A DNA stretch of 64,000 nt, taken from positions 6,895,873 through 6,959,872 of the forward strand of contig NC_090410.1 of assembly GCF_036365525.1 (NCBI RefSeq), written 5' to 3'. Of the stretch, positions 24,564 to 38,353 are shown piece by piece. How positions within the stretch are numbered: position 1 is the stretch's first letter; each line of letters opens with the position of its first letter. The position numbers were made by a program, and so were the translations under genes. Under the pieces are notes generated by a model that ran no database searches, had not been told where the DNA came from, and was given only the letters and a program-made list of their open reading frames with translations. This DNA comes from Heterodontus francisci (Eukaryota).

Positions 24564-24758
24564 TAAAAGCAAAATACTACAGATGCTGGAAATCTGAAAT
24601 ACAAACAAGAAATGCTGGAAATACTCAGCAGGTCTGGCAGCATCTGTGGAGAGAGAAGCAGAGTCAACCTTTCAGGCCACTGACCTGAAATGTTAACTCT
24701 GCTTCTCTCTCCACAGATGCTGCCAGACCTGAGTATTTCCAGCGTTTCTTGTTTTTAT
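24564..24758. mobile_element. Penelope-like palindromic element
   Basis: Same family as 15340-15532; inverted arms. Confidence 0.65.
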
Positions 24759-26611
24759 TAAAAATATTACATTCTTCTCTCTCTCTCTCTCTCCTCCTTT
24801 TAAATGATTGTACCCTGCTATAATTGTTACCACCTCAGTACAAGTGAGGACAGGCAGAAAATATGCACTAGACATTCATAATGGGCTACTAGGAAGGAAT
24901 CGCCTGCTTGGCAGCCTTAGTTAATAAGGTCATGCAATACTTTGTGGATAAGCCTGCCATGTCCTTCTCTTCCCACCTCCTCCAACATAAACTGAACAGA
25001 CAGAGAGAGACACAATCAGAAAGAGCAATGATTTAAAAGAACACTGCTTGTCCTTTGTAATTCAGCAACAAGTGCAAATTTTTCTAGAACAAAGAACCCA
25101 GATTGAGTGTTTATTTGGGGCATGTCAGCTAAATTGCCAATGTTCCTTTCTTCTGCAGATTTTTCCTCACAATAAAGAGGTTAGTGTCAAATGCACCAAA
25201 AGCACATTCTTAAGTACACCTTTTGCTGTACAGGCTGCAGGACACTGTGCTGGGACACATGTTAAGTTCAAGCAGTGTTGTTGTTATTCTATTTTGATAA
25301 GTACAGTGATGTGCAATGTTCCCCTATAATCACACCTGAATGAAAAACAGCATAAAATCAGGCCCAAAATTGGTTAATCTCTCCTCAAACCCAAGGGCTA
25401 GCCATCATTTAATCACCATGTTACCAAGGACATTTCAGAGCAGTACATAGCACAGAACACAGAAACAGGCCATTCAGTCTAACTGATCTATGCCCCGTGC
25501 TCGTGACTCCTCCCACCCCTTTTTCATCTCATCTATCAGCATATCATAGGCACAGAAGTAGACCATTTAGCCCCTCAAGCCTGTTCCGCCATTCACTGAG
25601 ATCATGGCTGATCTGTGCCCCATATCGCTTAACAAAAAAAAATATCTCAGATTTAACATTAATTGACAGAGCATCAATTGCCATTTTTCCAAACTTCTGT
25701 CAACCTTTGTGTGAATAGGTGTTTCCCATGTTCATTCCTGAATTGTCTGGCTCTAATATTAGACTATGCCCCTTTAGTCTTCGACTCTGCAACCAGCAGA
25801 AATAGTTTCTCTATCTACCCTATCTGCTCCACTTAGCTTCTTGAAAATCTTGAAGATCAACCCTGATTGTTGGTTTATCAGGATAACTGAATTTCTGCCC
25901 TGCAATAGGCAGAATGATCATTGTTGAGTCTTGGTAAAAATCAGGGGCTTCTGTGCTTTTTTGCATGCTGACAGAGGAGAGACTGAGCTGTTCTGTCATT
26001 GTTCTGATTACACAGCTCCCAGGCTTAGCTACTTCTCCAGCCTGCTAGCCTTGGCTGCTGCACCAATGGGTAAACAGATGAAAATAATGTTTTTAAACCA
26101 GGCCTCAGTCTGTCTGTGTGCCAGTAGACTAGTCAGGTCCTAGTTGGTTGGCTCCTGTACAAGAAGTCAGCTGCAGCTGGTTAGGTGGGATGATTGATTA
26201 ACCACCATAAATCTGTTTCCACTGATGTTCTGAAGTAACAGCTTCTAAAATTGTAGAATTACTGTATTCTTGCAAAACACAAATACAAGAGTCAGGTCTG
26301 TAAATTGGTCATTCATCATTGTTCTGATGAAAGGTCACAGACCCGAAATGTTAACTCTGCTCATCTCTCCAGAGATGCTGCCTGACCGACTGAGTATTTC
26401 CAACACTTTGTTTTTATTAATTATAAACTGCACACTACATTTCAGAAAATTTAGGGAATATAGTGCTGTTGAAATAGAGGCTAAAATAAGAGAGTGACTT
26501 AAAATGGCAATTAAGTGATTTGAGTATTTAGAATTAAATTTAGCTTGAATTTAACTACATTCCCTCATTCTGCAAACATATTAATTTGTAATTTAAGGCC
26601 AAGAGAGTTAC

Positions 26612-26728
26612 CTTGGGGATCAGCTTTCTTGAAGGCATTTCCTGCATCCACAAAGTTTGTAGCTGCATCATGTTTACTCTGCAAGTGTAGGTGGAGTTTA
26701 GCAGCCTCGCAGAAGGCATTGCCTGCAG
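26612..26728 (-). CDS. NAPA: NAPA coding exon 3
   Basis: [38 protein letters not shown]; 117 nt, AG/GT. Confidence 0.96.
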
Positions 26729-27974
26729 CTAAAGAAAAAGGTACAAACATTAGGAGTGGGTAATATCAGCATACGTTGTCTGTGGAAAATAGCAAATACA
26801 GTGAACGCACAAAGTGTTCTGTGCTCAAAGAGCATAAATGGGATTGCAAACTATCTTTGGTAAATATAAGACAGATAATATGAATTTGTCCTTTATGTAT
26901 ATTTACATGAGCCAAGTCCAGAGTTAATCAGGCAATTTCTTTTTGCACCTCCTAAAATTCTCAGATCAATGTGATGCCGTCAACTCCTGGCACCCAGGTT
27001 TTATGCTTTATCTGCATACTCCATGGATCCACTTTGCAGGAGTGCATCAGCAGAATTCAAATCTAAACAGAGTACAGGAACACATGTTTTGGCATTTGCT
27101 TTCCCCATTGTAAATTGGAGCCCCTGTCGCTGATTATAGTGTGACCCTGGTAAAAGCCCAGGAGCAGGTTGCTCTTACCTGCCCTTTCCATTGGGGAATG
27201 ATTGATGAGATATTAATTGAACTGACCAAGCAACTTTATGTTCAATCAAAATGGCAGTAACCTACATAGGCGAGGGTGCTTTCCTTTTTTTAAAAAAAAA
27301 AAGTGGTAACATGCCAATGACTATCAGAGATTATTCCCCATTCGGAATAGAGCAGAGGAGAACAGCTGTTCCCAAATCCTGGCTGCCTGTTCTATGTAGT
27401 GTCCAACACATAACCCTGCCATTCTAGCCCCCGAGGCTCGGGAAAGACAGGAGCTGCCTGCACCTATATTTATTTCCTGGTCTGTGCTTTCTCTGAATCG
27501 GTGGAACCCAGATGCTTTCGAAAAGGCTTAGGAATGTCGCCTGATAAATCCTCAGTCAGAACCAACAAGATGTGTTGGGGGCTCCTTGTGGGTAGACTCA
27601 TGGGTCTGAGCTTGGCAACGTCACCGCTTACAGATCCAAGATGTGAAAGATCGCTGGAGAAGGCCACATGAACTTCATGCCTCTTTAGAGTACTAATCCA
27701 CACTTAGGTGATCAAACCCCAATGTGCAGTGTCTGCCAACTCACTGGTTGCAAGCCCAGGTTAATGCACATTTCAACCAATTTTACAGTTTTCCCTGACG
27801 TTAAAAAGTTGGAAAGCTCAAATACACTGCCATGTAACTTCAATAAATTATATTTGTACTTCTTCCAGCAGGTCCCCTGCTCCTGGTACAGGTGGTCTGT
27901 GCTCTCCGATTAATATTCATGACTGCAATCAAACCCACAAGTAAAAGGCTGGACAACTTTAATTGAATTTGAGT

Positions 27975-29105
27975 TTTCTGATGAAGGGAAAGCAATGGAT
28001 GTTGTCTGTATGGACTTTAAGAAAACATTTGACAAAGTACCACATAAAAGGCCAGTGAACAAAACTGAGGCTCACTGAATAGGAGGGTTAGTGTCAGCAT
28101 GGATTAGAAATCGTCTTAAGGACAGAAAGCAGCGAGTTGTGGTAAAGCCTTGTTCAGACTGGAGGATGGGAGAGAGTGTTGCCCAAGATTCAGTGCGAGG
28201 ACCACCGCTTTTGTGATTTATATAAATGACTAGGATACTGGATTATAGTTCAAAATTTCAACATTTGCCAATACCATCAAACCTGGAGGTGTGGCAAACA
28301 GTGAGGACAATACCAAACAACTGCAAAAGAGCAGACAAGCTAGCAGGTTGGGCAGACAAGTGGCAGATGGAATTTAATACAGAGAAGTGTGAGGTGATGC
28401 ATTTTGGCAGAAGGGATAGGGAGAGGCAATATATACTTAATGGCACAGTTCTAAACAGTGTACAAGGAGAGAGCGGCCTGAGGGTCCATGTGCATTGATC
28501 TTTGAATGTGACATGACATACTGAGTAGTTAGCAAAGCACATGGGACCTTGGGCTTCATTAATAGAGGTATTAAGTACAACAGCAGAGAAGTTATGCTGA
28601 ACCTTTATAAAGCTCTGGTTAGGCCACTACTCGAGTATTGTAGAAAGGATGACAGTGTCCTCGAGACAGTGCAGAACAGATTTACCAGAATAGTTAGGTT
28701 GGAGAAGTGTTCTCCCTGGAGCAGAGAAGATTGAGGGGAGATTTAATAGAGGTGCATAAGATTAAGATGGGTTTAGATAAGGTAGACAAAGAAAACCTGC
28801 TCATTAGCTGATGGTACTAAGGACTTGGGGACACAGATTTAAGGCTTTGGGCAAGAGATGCAGGGGAACATGAGGAAGCACTTTTTTTACACAGTGAGTG
28901 GCAATGATCTGAACTCGCTGCCTACGAGACGGTGGAAACGGGAAAGTTGAATGATTTCAAAAGAAAATTGGATGGGTGCTTGAGATAAATAAACCTGCAG
29001 AGCTATGGGGATAAAGCGGGGGTGTGGGACTGATTGGATTTCTCTAGAGAGCCAAAAGTAGACTCAATGGGCCGGATGGCCTCCCTCTATGATGACTATG
29101 ACTAA
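27975..29105 (+). mobile_element. Degenerate CR1-clade LINE (3' ~1.1 kb)
   Basis: MDFKKTFDKVPH, WQMEFNTEKCEVMHFG and LYKALVRPLLEY motifs; (GACTAT)n-like tail. Confidence 0.85.
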
Positions 29106-29205
29106 GTGTAATTTGAAAATAGGTCAGCAAACATCACTGTCTAGAACATGCTCACTAGAGCAGACACAACACAGTCCAAGTGTGGCGCTTGGGATTTATA
29201 CTTAC

Positions 29206-29285
29206 CACTCCAGTTCTTGGCCATCTTAAACATGTTAGCAGCCCTGGCATACATTTCACATGCTTCTTCTAATTTAGACGACCCT
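29206..29285 (-). CDS. NAPA: NAPA coding exon 2
   Basis: [26 protein letters not shown]; 80 nt, AG/GT. Confidence 0.96.
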
Positions 29286-29499
29286 CTGAATAGAAAGGAA
29301 GAAGGATGTTAAAATCTGGACAAGACCGGGTGCCATGATGGGAAGAAACCTAGGAGTGGTTTCAACACTCTGCTCTTCATTGATGGTTCCACAGCACAAA
29401 TCCACCCAAACACTAGATTGGCAGCTTCACCATAGGATGGTTAGGGTAAGAGACATGAAAATGTTGCACGAAAGCAGGGGGGTTCCTCTAGCGTTGTCG

Positions 29500-29910
29500 C
29501 TGCAGTAGCAACCGCACCACTAAGGCTCCAGGTTCAAATCCCCCTCCAGAGACTTCAGTGTATAATCTAGACTGACACTCTGAACGTATAGCACTCTCTC
29601 AGTATTGGCATGGGCGGTGCCATCTTTCAGATGAGGTCTTAAATTAAGTCTGCCCTCAGGTGGACATAAAAGATTCCATGACACTATTTTGAAGGGCATC
29701 AGGGGAGTTCTCCCCAGTGTCTTGGCCAATATTCATCCCTCAACCAATATCACAAACAGATGATCTGGTCATTTACTCATTATGGGACCTTGCAGTGTAG
29801 GATGCCAAGTTGCACACAGCAACAGTGAATACACTTCAAAACTGTTTTACTGGCAACGTGCTTTGGGACTTCCCAAGGTCACGATAGGTGCTATATAAAT
29901 CCAAGTCTTT
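29500..29910 (+). mobile_element. Deu-domain SINE
   Basis: Deu core and tail, diverged. Confidence 0.65.
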
Positions 29911-31027
29911 TCTTCCCCCCTCCACTGAAGTTAGGGTCTCTGGGAACTCATTGGGACAGGGAAAGTTTAAACCTACATCCAACTGCAGTATATATAATTT
30001 GGGAGAACACGATTAGAATGGGGTGGCTAAAATTGAAAGTATTTCAATGCCCAAAACTGACTCCCTTTATTCTGCATCTTGAAGATTCAAATACACAAAA
30101 AAGCCTCCACATTTCACCCTCACAAACATCTTCCGTCCCTCACTCATGCCTTTTGATAACTCCATATCCTATTTATTTACCAGGTCGCTTCTGCAAACTA
30201 ATGTATATGGCAATGTTATCTGAAATATCTAAGATAAACTACTGTAATTGTCTCTTCAATGTCACACACAATTCCACATCTCCCAGGCCTATGCTACTCT
30301 TTAATCAACTGTTCCAAAACAGCCAACACATCCCTTCCAAGGATTGCCTCCCAAACCCAGAATATAATTTCCCTCCAATTGGCAGCACCTTGATTGTGAA
30401 ACAGAATGAGGAACTGTGGCCATAAACCCTTGACCATATGACAATCCCCAAGGCTTTCCTCACCATTCCTTGCAGTAAAAGACAATCATGTTCAAGTTGC
30501 TTAACCCACTCCACTCAGGGGAAGCCGAGTGATCTAAAGGTGCTTCCTAATTAACTAATGTGCCTGGTAGAAAGAATCTGAATTGAGAATTGCACAATGA
30601 AAACAATTCTGGCACAGTGGGCTCCTTATGAGGAGTTCTGAGCAAGCACAGCCCGAGGCAGTACATCTGTATCAGTTCTTTGTCCACTAGAAATTAAAGC
30701 AGTTTGCTTAAATAAGAATCAGTCTCATTGGGAGTGAAGTCATCACAGCGCACACTACAAATACGATGTTTGCATTTCTAAGTGGTCTAAAGAATCTACT
30801 CCTTCCTCCCCATCAAAACAAAAGCCCTTTTATTTCTTCAGCCACATATAACTGGTGCTAAAAGCATCTGACATGAGAACAGTGAATTTAATTGCCCTAT
30901 CAGAAGCACTGGAGAGTTCTTGCACACCTTGAGGACCAACTCAGATTCTACACTACATTCCAGAGATACTTTCTACCGGAAATAGATTAGGATCGAAAAT
31001 ATTATAAATTTTGATGATCAATGCATT

Positions 31028-31908
31028 CTTTCTTTTGGGCCTCCTTATCTCGAGAGACAATGGATACGCGCCTGGAGGTGGTCAGTGGTTTGTGAAGCAG
31101 CGCCTGGAGTGGCTATAAAGGCCAATTCTGGAGTGACAGGCTCTTCCACAGGTGCTGCAGAGAAATTTGTTTGTTGGGGCTGTTGCACAGTTGGCTCTCC
31201 CCTTGCGCCTCTGTCTTTTTTCCTGCCAACTACTAAGTCTCTTCGACTCGCCACAATTTAGCCCTGTCTTTATGGCTGCCCGCCAGCTCTGGCGAATGCT
31301 GGCAACTGACTCCCACGACTTGTGATCAATGTCACACGATTTCATGTCGCGTTTGCAGACGTCTTTATAGCGGAGACATGGACGGCCAGTGGGTCTGATA
31401 CCAGTGGCGAGCTCGCTGTACAATGTGTCTTTGGGGATCCTGCCATCTTCCACGCGGCTCACATGGCCAAGCCATCTCAAGCGCCGCTGACTCAGTAGTG
31501 TGTATAAGCTGGGGGTGTTGGCCGCTTCAAGGACTTCTGTGTTGGAGATATAGTCCTGCCACCTGATGCCAAGTATTCTCCGAAGGCAGCGAAGATGGAA
31601 TGAATTGAGACGTCGCTCTTGGCTGGCATACGTTGTCCAGGCCTCGCCGCCGTAGAGCAAGGTACTGAGGACATAGGCCTGATACACTCGGACTTTTGTG
31701 TTCCGTGTCAGTGCGCCATTTTCCCACACTCTCTTGGCCAGTCTGGACATAGCAGTGGAAGCCTTACCCATGCGCTTGTTGATTTCTGCATCTAGAGACA
31801 GGTTACTGGTGATAGTTGAGCCTAGGTAGGTGAACTCTTGAACCACTTCCAGAGCGTGGTCGCCAATATTGATGGATGGAGCATTTCTGACGTCCTGCCC
31901 CATGATGT
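31028..31908 (-). mobile_element. 5'-truncated RTE-clade LINE with intact ORF C-terminus
   Basis: FTYLGS, LLYGGEAWT, RRLRWLGHV, GRPCLRYKD and a C-terminal C2H2-like CSTCGRACHSRIGLYSHSRRC; short 3' UTR ending in AAAG repeats. Confidence 0.88.
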
Positions 31909-34900
31909 TACAACCATTATAACTCTCCGCTTCTGAAAAACAAACTGGAACTATAGAAAAGTTACATCACAGAAGGAGGCCATTCAGCCCACCGTGTCTG
32001 CGCCAGCTGAAAGAAATACTAGCCGCCCAATTTAATCCCACCTTCCAGCACCTGGTCTGTAGCCTTAGAGGTTACAGCACTTCAGATGCATGTCTAGGTA
32101 CATTTTAAAAGTTGAGGATTTCTGCCTCCACCACCAATCTGGGCAATGAATTCAAACTACTGAATTTTTAAAAATTCTTTTAATCTCATCCTTTAATTTA
32201 AAGCCATGGCATGTAGATTTAGCAGAGTTTTTTTTAAAATTACAAATTGCGAAAAGGAGTATGTCATTAAACCACTGAAATAATTGATCTGAGCACAGTC
32301 TATTTCTTGGAGTTGTTATCACAGATTCTAAGGGAGGAATTAAACCAGAGTCAAAAAGGTTGTGGGTTCAAGTCCCACTTCAGCACAAACCCAAGCTGAC
32401 ATTTCAGTGGGTGTAAAAGATGCCATGGCACTATTTTGAAGAACAGTGTAGAGTTCTCCCCGGTGTCCTGGCCAAAATTTATCCCTCAAACAGTATCACC
32501 AAAACAGATTATCCGGTCAACTACTGTTTGTGGGAGCTTGCTGTGTGCAAATTGGCTCCTGTGTTTCCTATGTTACAACAGTACTTCATTGCATAGAAAA
32601 CACTTGGGACATTGAGGTCATGAAAGGCGCTATATAATTGCAAGTCTTTCTTTGTTACCAGACACCAAACAGGTTATCTGAAGTTGAATTCAGCTTTAGG
32701 ATATTTGCAACATTTGAATTTGCCAAGATACACAAGTATTTTAACGCGTTTCAAATTCAAACCTAGATACAAGACTGACACTGGTTCTACAAGTTACATA
32801 TATGGAACATGAAAGAATTATGGAAGTTGTATCTTCTGGGCTGAGATTAAATAGTCTTGCAGCTTCCCTACTTCTCAGATCCCTCCGCCACCAAACTATA
32901 TCAAATGGTCCTTTGAGGCCATTCTAGAAAGATTTGCATATATTTTACTGCTGAACGCCTGGCAGAACATGACAGGGAGCCAGATCCCAGGAGACAATAA
33001 CAGATCGATCCCATTAAGGTAAACAGCAATTACAGACGGTCTCCAGCAGCAGCAAGCTAGATCCATAACAGATATTATATAAACAAATATTTAACACAGC
33101 TTGGCCTTTTGAGTATATTTACCACAATAAAAGCCAATACAGGCTTGTTACTCTGAATTTTCCTTATTTAAAAAAAAAGTAATTTTAAAAAAAATTCTCC
33201 CATTCTATTCTGCAAGTTGCAGAGAGTGGGGGCAGGAAATGGGGGTGGGGGCAAAAGCAGAGGTATGTCAAGGGGAACATTTTTTCTTAAAGCTTGTTGA
33301 GCTGGTTTATTCGTGGGCAGAAAGAAAAACTCAAGATGCCAGCTATCAACTGGCCTTAAACTATAGGGCAAAGCATACGGTCCACCTGCAGCTGGAACTC
33401 ACTGCTCTCGAGGTCCCCATCTACTTTAAAAACAACTGAAACCAAGAACATTTTCGGCTGTTCCTGGCATTGGCTCTCTTCTGGCAAGTTAAATGATAAA
33501 GTTGTCTGCAAGCTTTTTCTACTTATCTACAGAAGAACGAATGGCAATGAAAGGACTTGCGCTCCAAGTGTGAGCGAGGGATGTCCCAAAGCAGTCAGTC
33601 AAACGAAATGCAGCCTCAGTTGTAATGTTCAAAATGCAGCAACCAATTTACACACAGCAAGGTCCCACCAAGGGTGGGGGAATTCCAGAGCCGAGGGTGT
33701 AGACAGGAGACGAGAATGCTACCACTGAACAAAGCTGACAAAGAGGACACACCCCAAACCACTTGGACAACACCAACAGCTTGAAGAGTGGAGTTAGCAG
33801 AATGCTAGGAGTAGGATGTTTTCGACCTGCATGCTTAGCTATGATGCATATACATTTTTTTTTAAAAACTGCATTGATAGCTAAAAAAAGCCAGCTGCAA
33901 ATGAGACTTCCTAAGCCAAGGGACTGCCAACCCAGATGAACTAAAGCTTAAAATGGCTGAAACAGCACTACCGACGGAAATAATGCTGCTCTAGCACTTA
34001 TCAAATGTGATGGTGCCAGTTCTTAACTAAACACCACAGCCTCTGCCGAGCGCTCGTCTGGAAAACAACAGTGTGCTTTGTTAGAAAGCTAAACAGTTCA
34101 CAGGGGAAGGAGGGACACGTTGCTTCTCCGAGATTCACACAAATCTGGCCTCCTTCATTACATTTGCAATTAGGAAGATTTTTTCAAAAAACAGGCTCTT
34201 CAAAATTCCTTGGAAAATTGGTATACAACATGGATTTTGAAATGCCTGCCAACAATGGCATGAATGAAGAGGGGTTGCAAACACGTCCAGAGCAGAGTGT
34301 TTGGTGGGGAGGGTGGGGAAGGGAGAGATCACAGATGGATTTAACTTGCCAGATGTCAGGGCTGGCCGCAGGAAGAGTCTGATAAAAAGCAAGTCTTCCC
34401 TGTTGTTAGCTTTAGCGATTTTGTTACAACATATTGAGATCGGATAGTTTCTCCCAATCTACCCTATTTCCACAGGTTGGGAGTCTAGAACTGGGGGACA
34501 GTCAAAAGAATTACAGCCAGACCTTTCAGGAGTGAGATTACGAAACACTACTTCACACAAAGGGGTCAGAAGTTTTGAAAGTCTTCCACAAATAGCAAAC
34601 GACAGATCAATTGTTAATTTTAAAACAGATTAACAGAAAGGGATATGGGACAAAGGATTGTATATGGAGTTAGGCCGATCAGTCATGATCTCATTGAATG
34701 GCAGAATAGGCTCAAGGGACTAATTGGTCTACTCCAGTTCCTATGATCCTAAGTTTATTTTGGTGCTGCTACTGACTGCCCAGGGCCCACAAGTCAATGA
34801 ACTGGTGTACGACTATAACTCTAAACTACTCAAAAAACTGCATGATCCACATTTTCTCAGCTACACAACAGTCGCAAATCCAGATTAGAGGAAAGTCAAC

Positions 34901-35924
34901 TTCACATGGTTCTCGGTTAATCTGACAGACTGCTTTTTTTTTTTAAAAAAAGCTCAACAGCAAATTCCCTTCGGGCTTTTAATAAAATATAGCTTGCATT
35001 CGAACACAGGTGAGAAGTACTGCATTTTGTGCCATGGGATGCTCAGAGCTTAGGTAACCCTGAGTAGTTAGTGATGCATACAACTTAATTCACTGCCAGC
35101 TTTGCATCACTGGATGTGGGCACGAGTTGAGATCAGTACCTGTCACAACAACTTTCGCCAAGTTCAAGCAGTGGTTTAATGGAAGTCATTGTAAAGTTAT
35201 CTTTAAAGTCACTATGGCTATACATAGGGTCAATTGAAGGTGATATTATAGAATAACTATCCCAAAACAGGACAGCAGGGCGTTACTGCATGTGGTTGCA
35301 ATACTGAATGATGGGGCAATTGAGAACCACCAGCACATGCATGAGATAGGTGAAGAGCTACAAGATAGGATTCATGTATCAGGACTAGATGGATCCAGTA
35401 CTGAAATTGCAATCAAATTACAGTCAGTCACAACAAAGATACAAACTGATATACAAGGCTCAACGACACTGTTGAAACTGCAATAAATGGTTAAAATAAT
35501 CAGATTCAGATAGCATAGAAAAATGTCCCAAAGCACTGCACTGAAAGATAATTAGATAAAAATTAAAATTTCAAGAGCAATTTACATTGTTTTCTGGTCA
35601 GCTCACAGGTTCCAGTGACTCTGACCAAGGGGAAGGCAATAACCCTGCAGAATTAGAAGAATGCTTCACGGCAGCACATTCAGCTACATGCAATCTACAT
35701 GAAACAAAAATACTTCATGGAGATTACAACAGAACAAGTGGTGTCAAGTGGCGACTCTACATATTGTACGTGTTACCATTAGCACATTAACCACATCATT
35801 TTGAAGCAATACATTAGCTCACATTAAGTGGACAGGGTTGCAACATGTACAGACATTGCAAACTTAAAAAGGCACAATAAATATGCAGAACAGAATTATA
35901 CTGCTGCAAAGGGATATTCAACCA

Positions 35925-36335
35925 ATGAAAGACTGCATTTATATAGCACCTCCTTTGACCTCAGGAATGCCCAAAGTGCTTTTCTAGCCAATGAAGAACT
36001 TTTGAAGAGCTGTCACTGTTGTAATGTAGGAAATGCAGCAGCCAATTTGCACACAGTAATTTCCCACAAACAGCAACAGGATAACAGCTAGACAATGTGT
36101 TTTTCTGATGTCAATTGAGGGATGAATATTGGCCAGGACACCAAGACACCAGGCAGAACACCCTGCTCTTGTTTTATATCCGCCTGAGAGGGGCCTTGGT
36201 TTAATGTCTCATCTGAAAGACAGCACCTCAGACAGCGTAGGACTCCCTCAATACTGCATAGTCTCCAACAGGGGATTGAACCCACGACCTTCTGACTCTG
36301 GAGAAAATGTGCTACCAAATGAGCCATGGCTGACA
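35925..36335 (-). mobile_element. Deu-domain SINE
   Basis: Deu core and tail. Confidence 0.7.
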
Positions 36336-37624
36336 CTGATGCAATATGCATCGTTCCAGAACAGAACAAAGCAAAGTTGAATTAAGGGTTTAGAAGTTAT
36401 TTATCTGACAGTTTACATATTGAACTTTTCTTGAGATTTCAGTCATTAAAAAAAAATAATTTAAGCCCAAGAGGTTTTAAAAATAAAATCGCACAATTTA
36501 TGTAAACCTGCGTGCAATAGCGAGAGGCACCTCAGTGCAGTACTGAGGGAGCACAACACAGTCAAAGGTGTCATCTTTCGGATGAGACATTAAACTAAGT
36601 TCCCATCTTCCCCACAGGTGGATGCAAAGGATCTCATGGCAACATCACAAACAGATTATCTTATTATCTCATTACTGTTTTGGGAGCTTGCTGTGCACAA
36701 ATTGGCTGCTGTATTTTCTACATTACAGTGACTGCACTGGCTGTAAAACACTTTGGGACATCTTGAAGTTGTGGAAATCCAGCTTCTTTTATTAAATGGA
36801 ACTTGAGCACTGGTGCAGGATGTCATCAGAGCAAAATTGTGCAGTTTGTGCTCATCACCAGGTGCAACCAGCATAAAAATGACAGTCAATAATACTGAAT
36901 CAATCCTATTAAATTTCATCCCAGTTAAATTACCCAATGCATTGTTTTGGCAATAAAAACAGGGCTTTGCCTATTTAAAGCAACTTAATCTCACACCGAT
37001 TTTAAGTGTATTATCTTGAAGAAATGAGATAGTGTTTATAAAACTTAATAAAACTGTTCACCAGAACAGCTTAACTTCAGAGTGCAGTGTTCAGCAGATT
37101 CATACCAAACTGAGCTCAACCAAATTCATTAAACTGATCAGTGCCAACCTCAGACTGTCACTGCCAAGCTCAAGGAGCACAGCATCTTCCAGAAATTACT
37201 TGTCCTGGAACATCCAAGCCCTCATGAATATAATTTCCCCGGAAAGAAGGAACTCGTACTGTATCACATCTTTCAGAATATGCCACAAGCACTTCACGTC
37301 CAGTTACTTTTTAAAAAGAACAATCACCAAACTGAGCGAACACAGCCAATATGCACAGAAAGCAAGCAAGTTGGTTATTGAAGAATTAAAGACTCCTTGC
37401 TCATCATTGAATAGTACCTTTTACATTCATCTGTGCAGACAGAACCTAGGTTTAACATCTTAGACATGAAACAGTACCTCAACAATGCAATACTGAAGCG
37501 TCTGATTACATTACTGGCTCAAAGGCAACAAACACCCAGCAGAAAGGTAGCGATATTGGGGGCTTGGTTTAATAACCAGCTCTTAAAGTGACCACCACCA
37601 CTCCCCCACCCTCAGGGTTCAGGG

Positions 37625-37857
37625 ATAAAGACAAGAAACGCTGGAAACACTCAGCAGGTCTGGCAGCAGCTGTGGAGAGAGAAGCAGAGTTAATGCTTCA
37701 GGTCAGTGACCCTTCTTCAGAACTGGTACAACTTCTGATGAAGGGTCACTGACCTGAAACGTTAACTCTGCTTCTCTCTCCACAGATACTGCCAGACCTG
37801 CTGAGTATTTCCAGCGTTTCTTGTTTTTATTTCAGCATTTTCCAGTATTTTGCTTTT
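37625..37857. mobile_element. Penelope-like palindromic element with hammerhead-like core
   Basis: ~98-bp inverted arms; CTGATGA-aggGTCactGACct-GAAAC at 37735-37760. Confidence 0.7.
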
Positions 37858-37866
37858 ATCTCAGGG

Positions 37867-38292
37867 TCCAGGGGTCCATTAACCAGCTCCTACAGTCACC
37901 CCCAGGGTCCATTAACCAGCGCCTACAGTAACCCCCAGGGTCCATTAACCAGCTCTTACACTCACCCCCAGGGTCCATTAACCAGCTCCTACACTCACCC
38001 CCAGGGTCCATTAACCAGCTCCTACACTCACCCCCAGGGTCCATTAACCAGCTCCTACACTCACCCCCAGGGTCCATTAACCAGCACCTACACTCACCCC
38101 CAGGGTCCATTAACCAGCTCCTACACTCACCCCCAGGGTCCATTAACCAGCACCTACACTCACCTCCAGGGTCCATTAACCAGCTCCTACACTCACCCCC
38201 AGGGTCCATTAACCAGCTCCTACACTCACCCCCAGGGTCCATTAACCAGCTCCTACACTCACCCCCAGGGTCCATTAACCAGCTCCTACAGT
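37867..38292. repeat. 33-bp minisatellite (~13 units) in NAPA intron 1
   Basis: Unit cccagggtccattaaccagctcctacactcacc, highly homogeneous. Confidence 0.95.
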
Positions 38293-38353
38293 AACTCTAG
38301 GGCCTTGAGGTTTATTAATTTTCTCCCTCCTCCTTCACCACCAGGCCTCTCAC

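Noticed and set aside
27350-27720. Non-repetitive stretch in NAPA intron 2 with a 77-aa ORF and muscle-type motifs (CAGCTG, AGGAATG, TGATAA)
   Set aside because: No recognisable homology or convincing splice pair; short motifs are expected by chance.
37856-38275. Repetitive ORF (MDPGGECRSWL)n
   Set aside because: A 33-bp VNTR that is a multiple of 3; intronic, with no evidence of coding.
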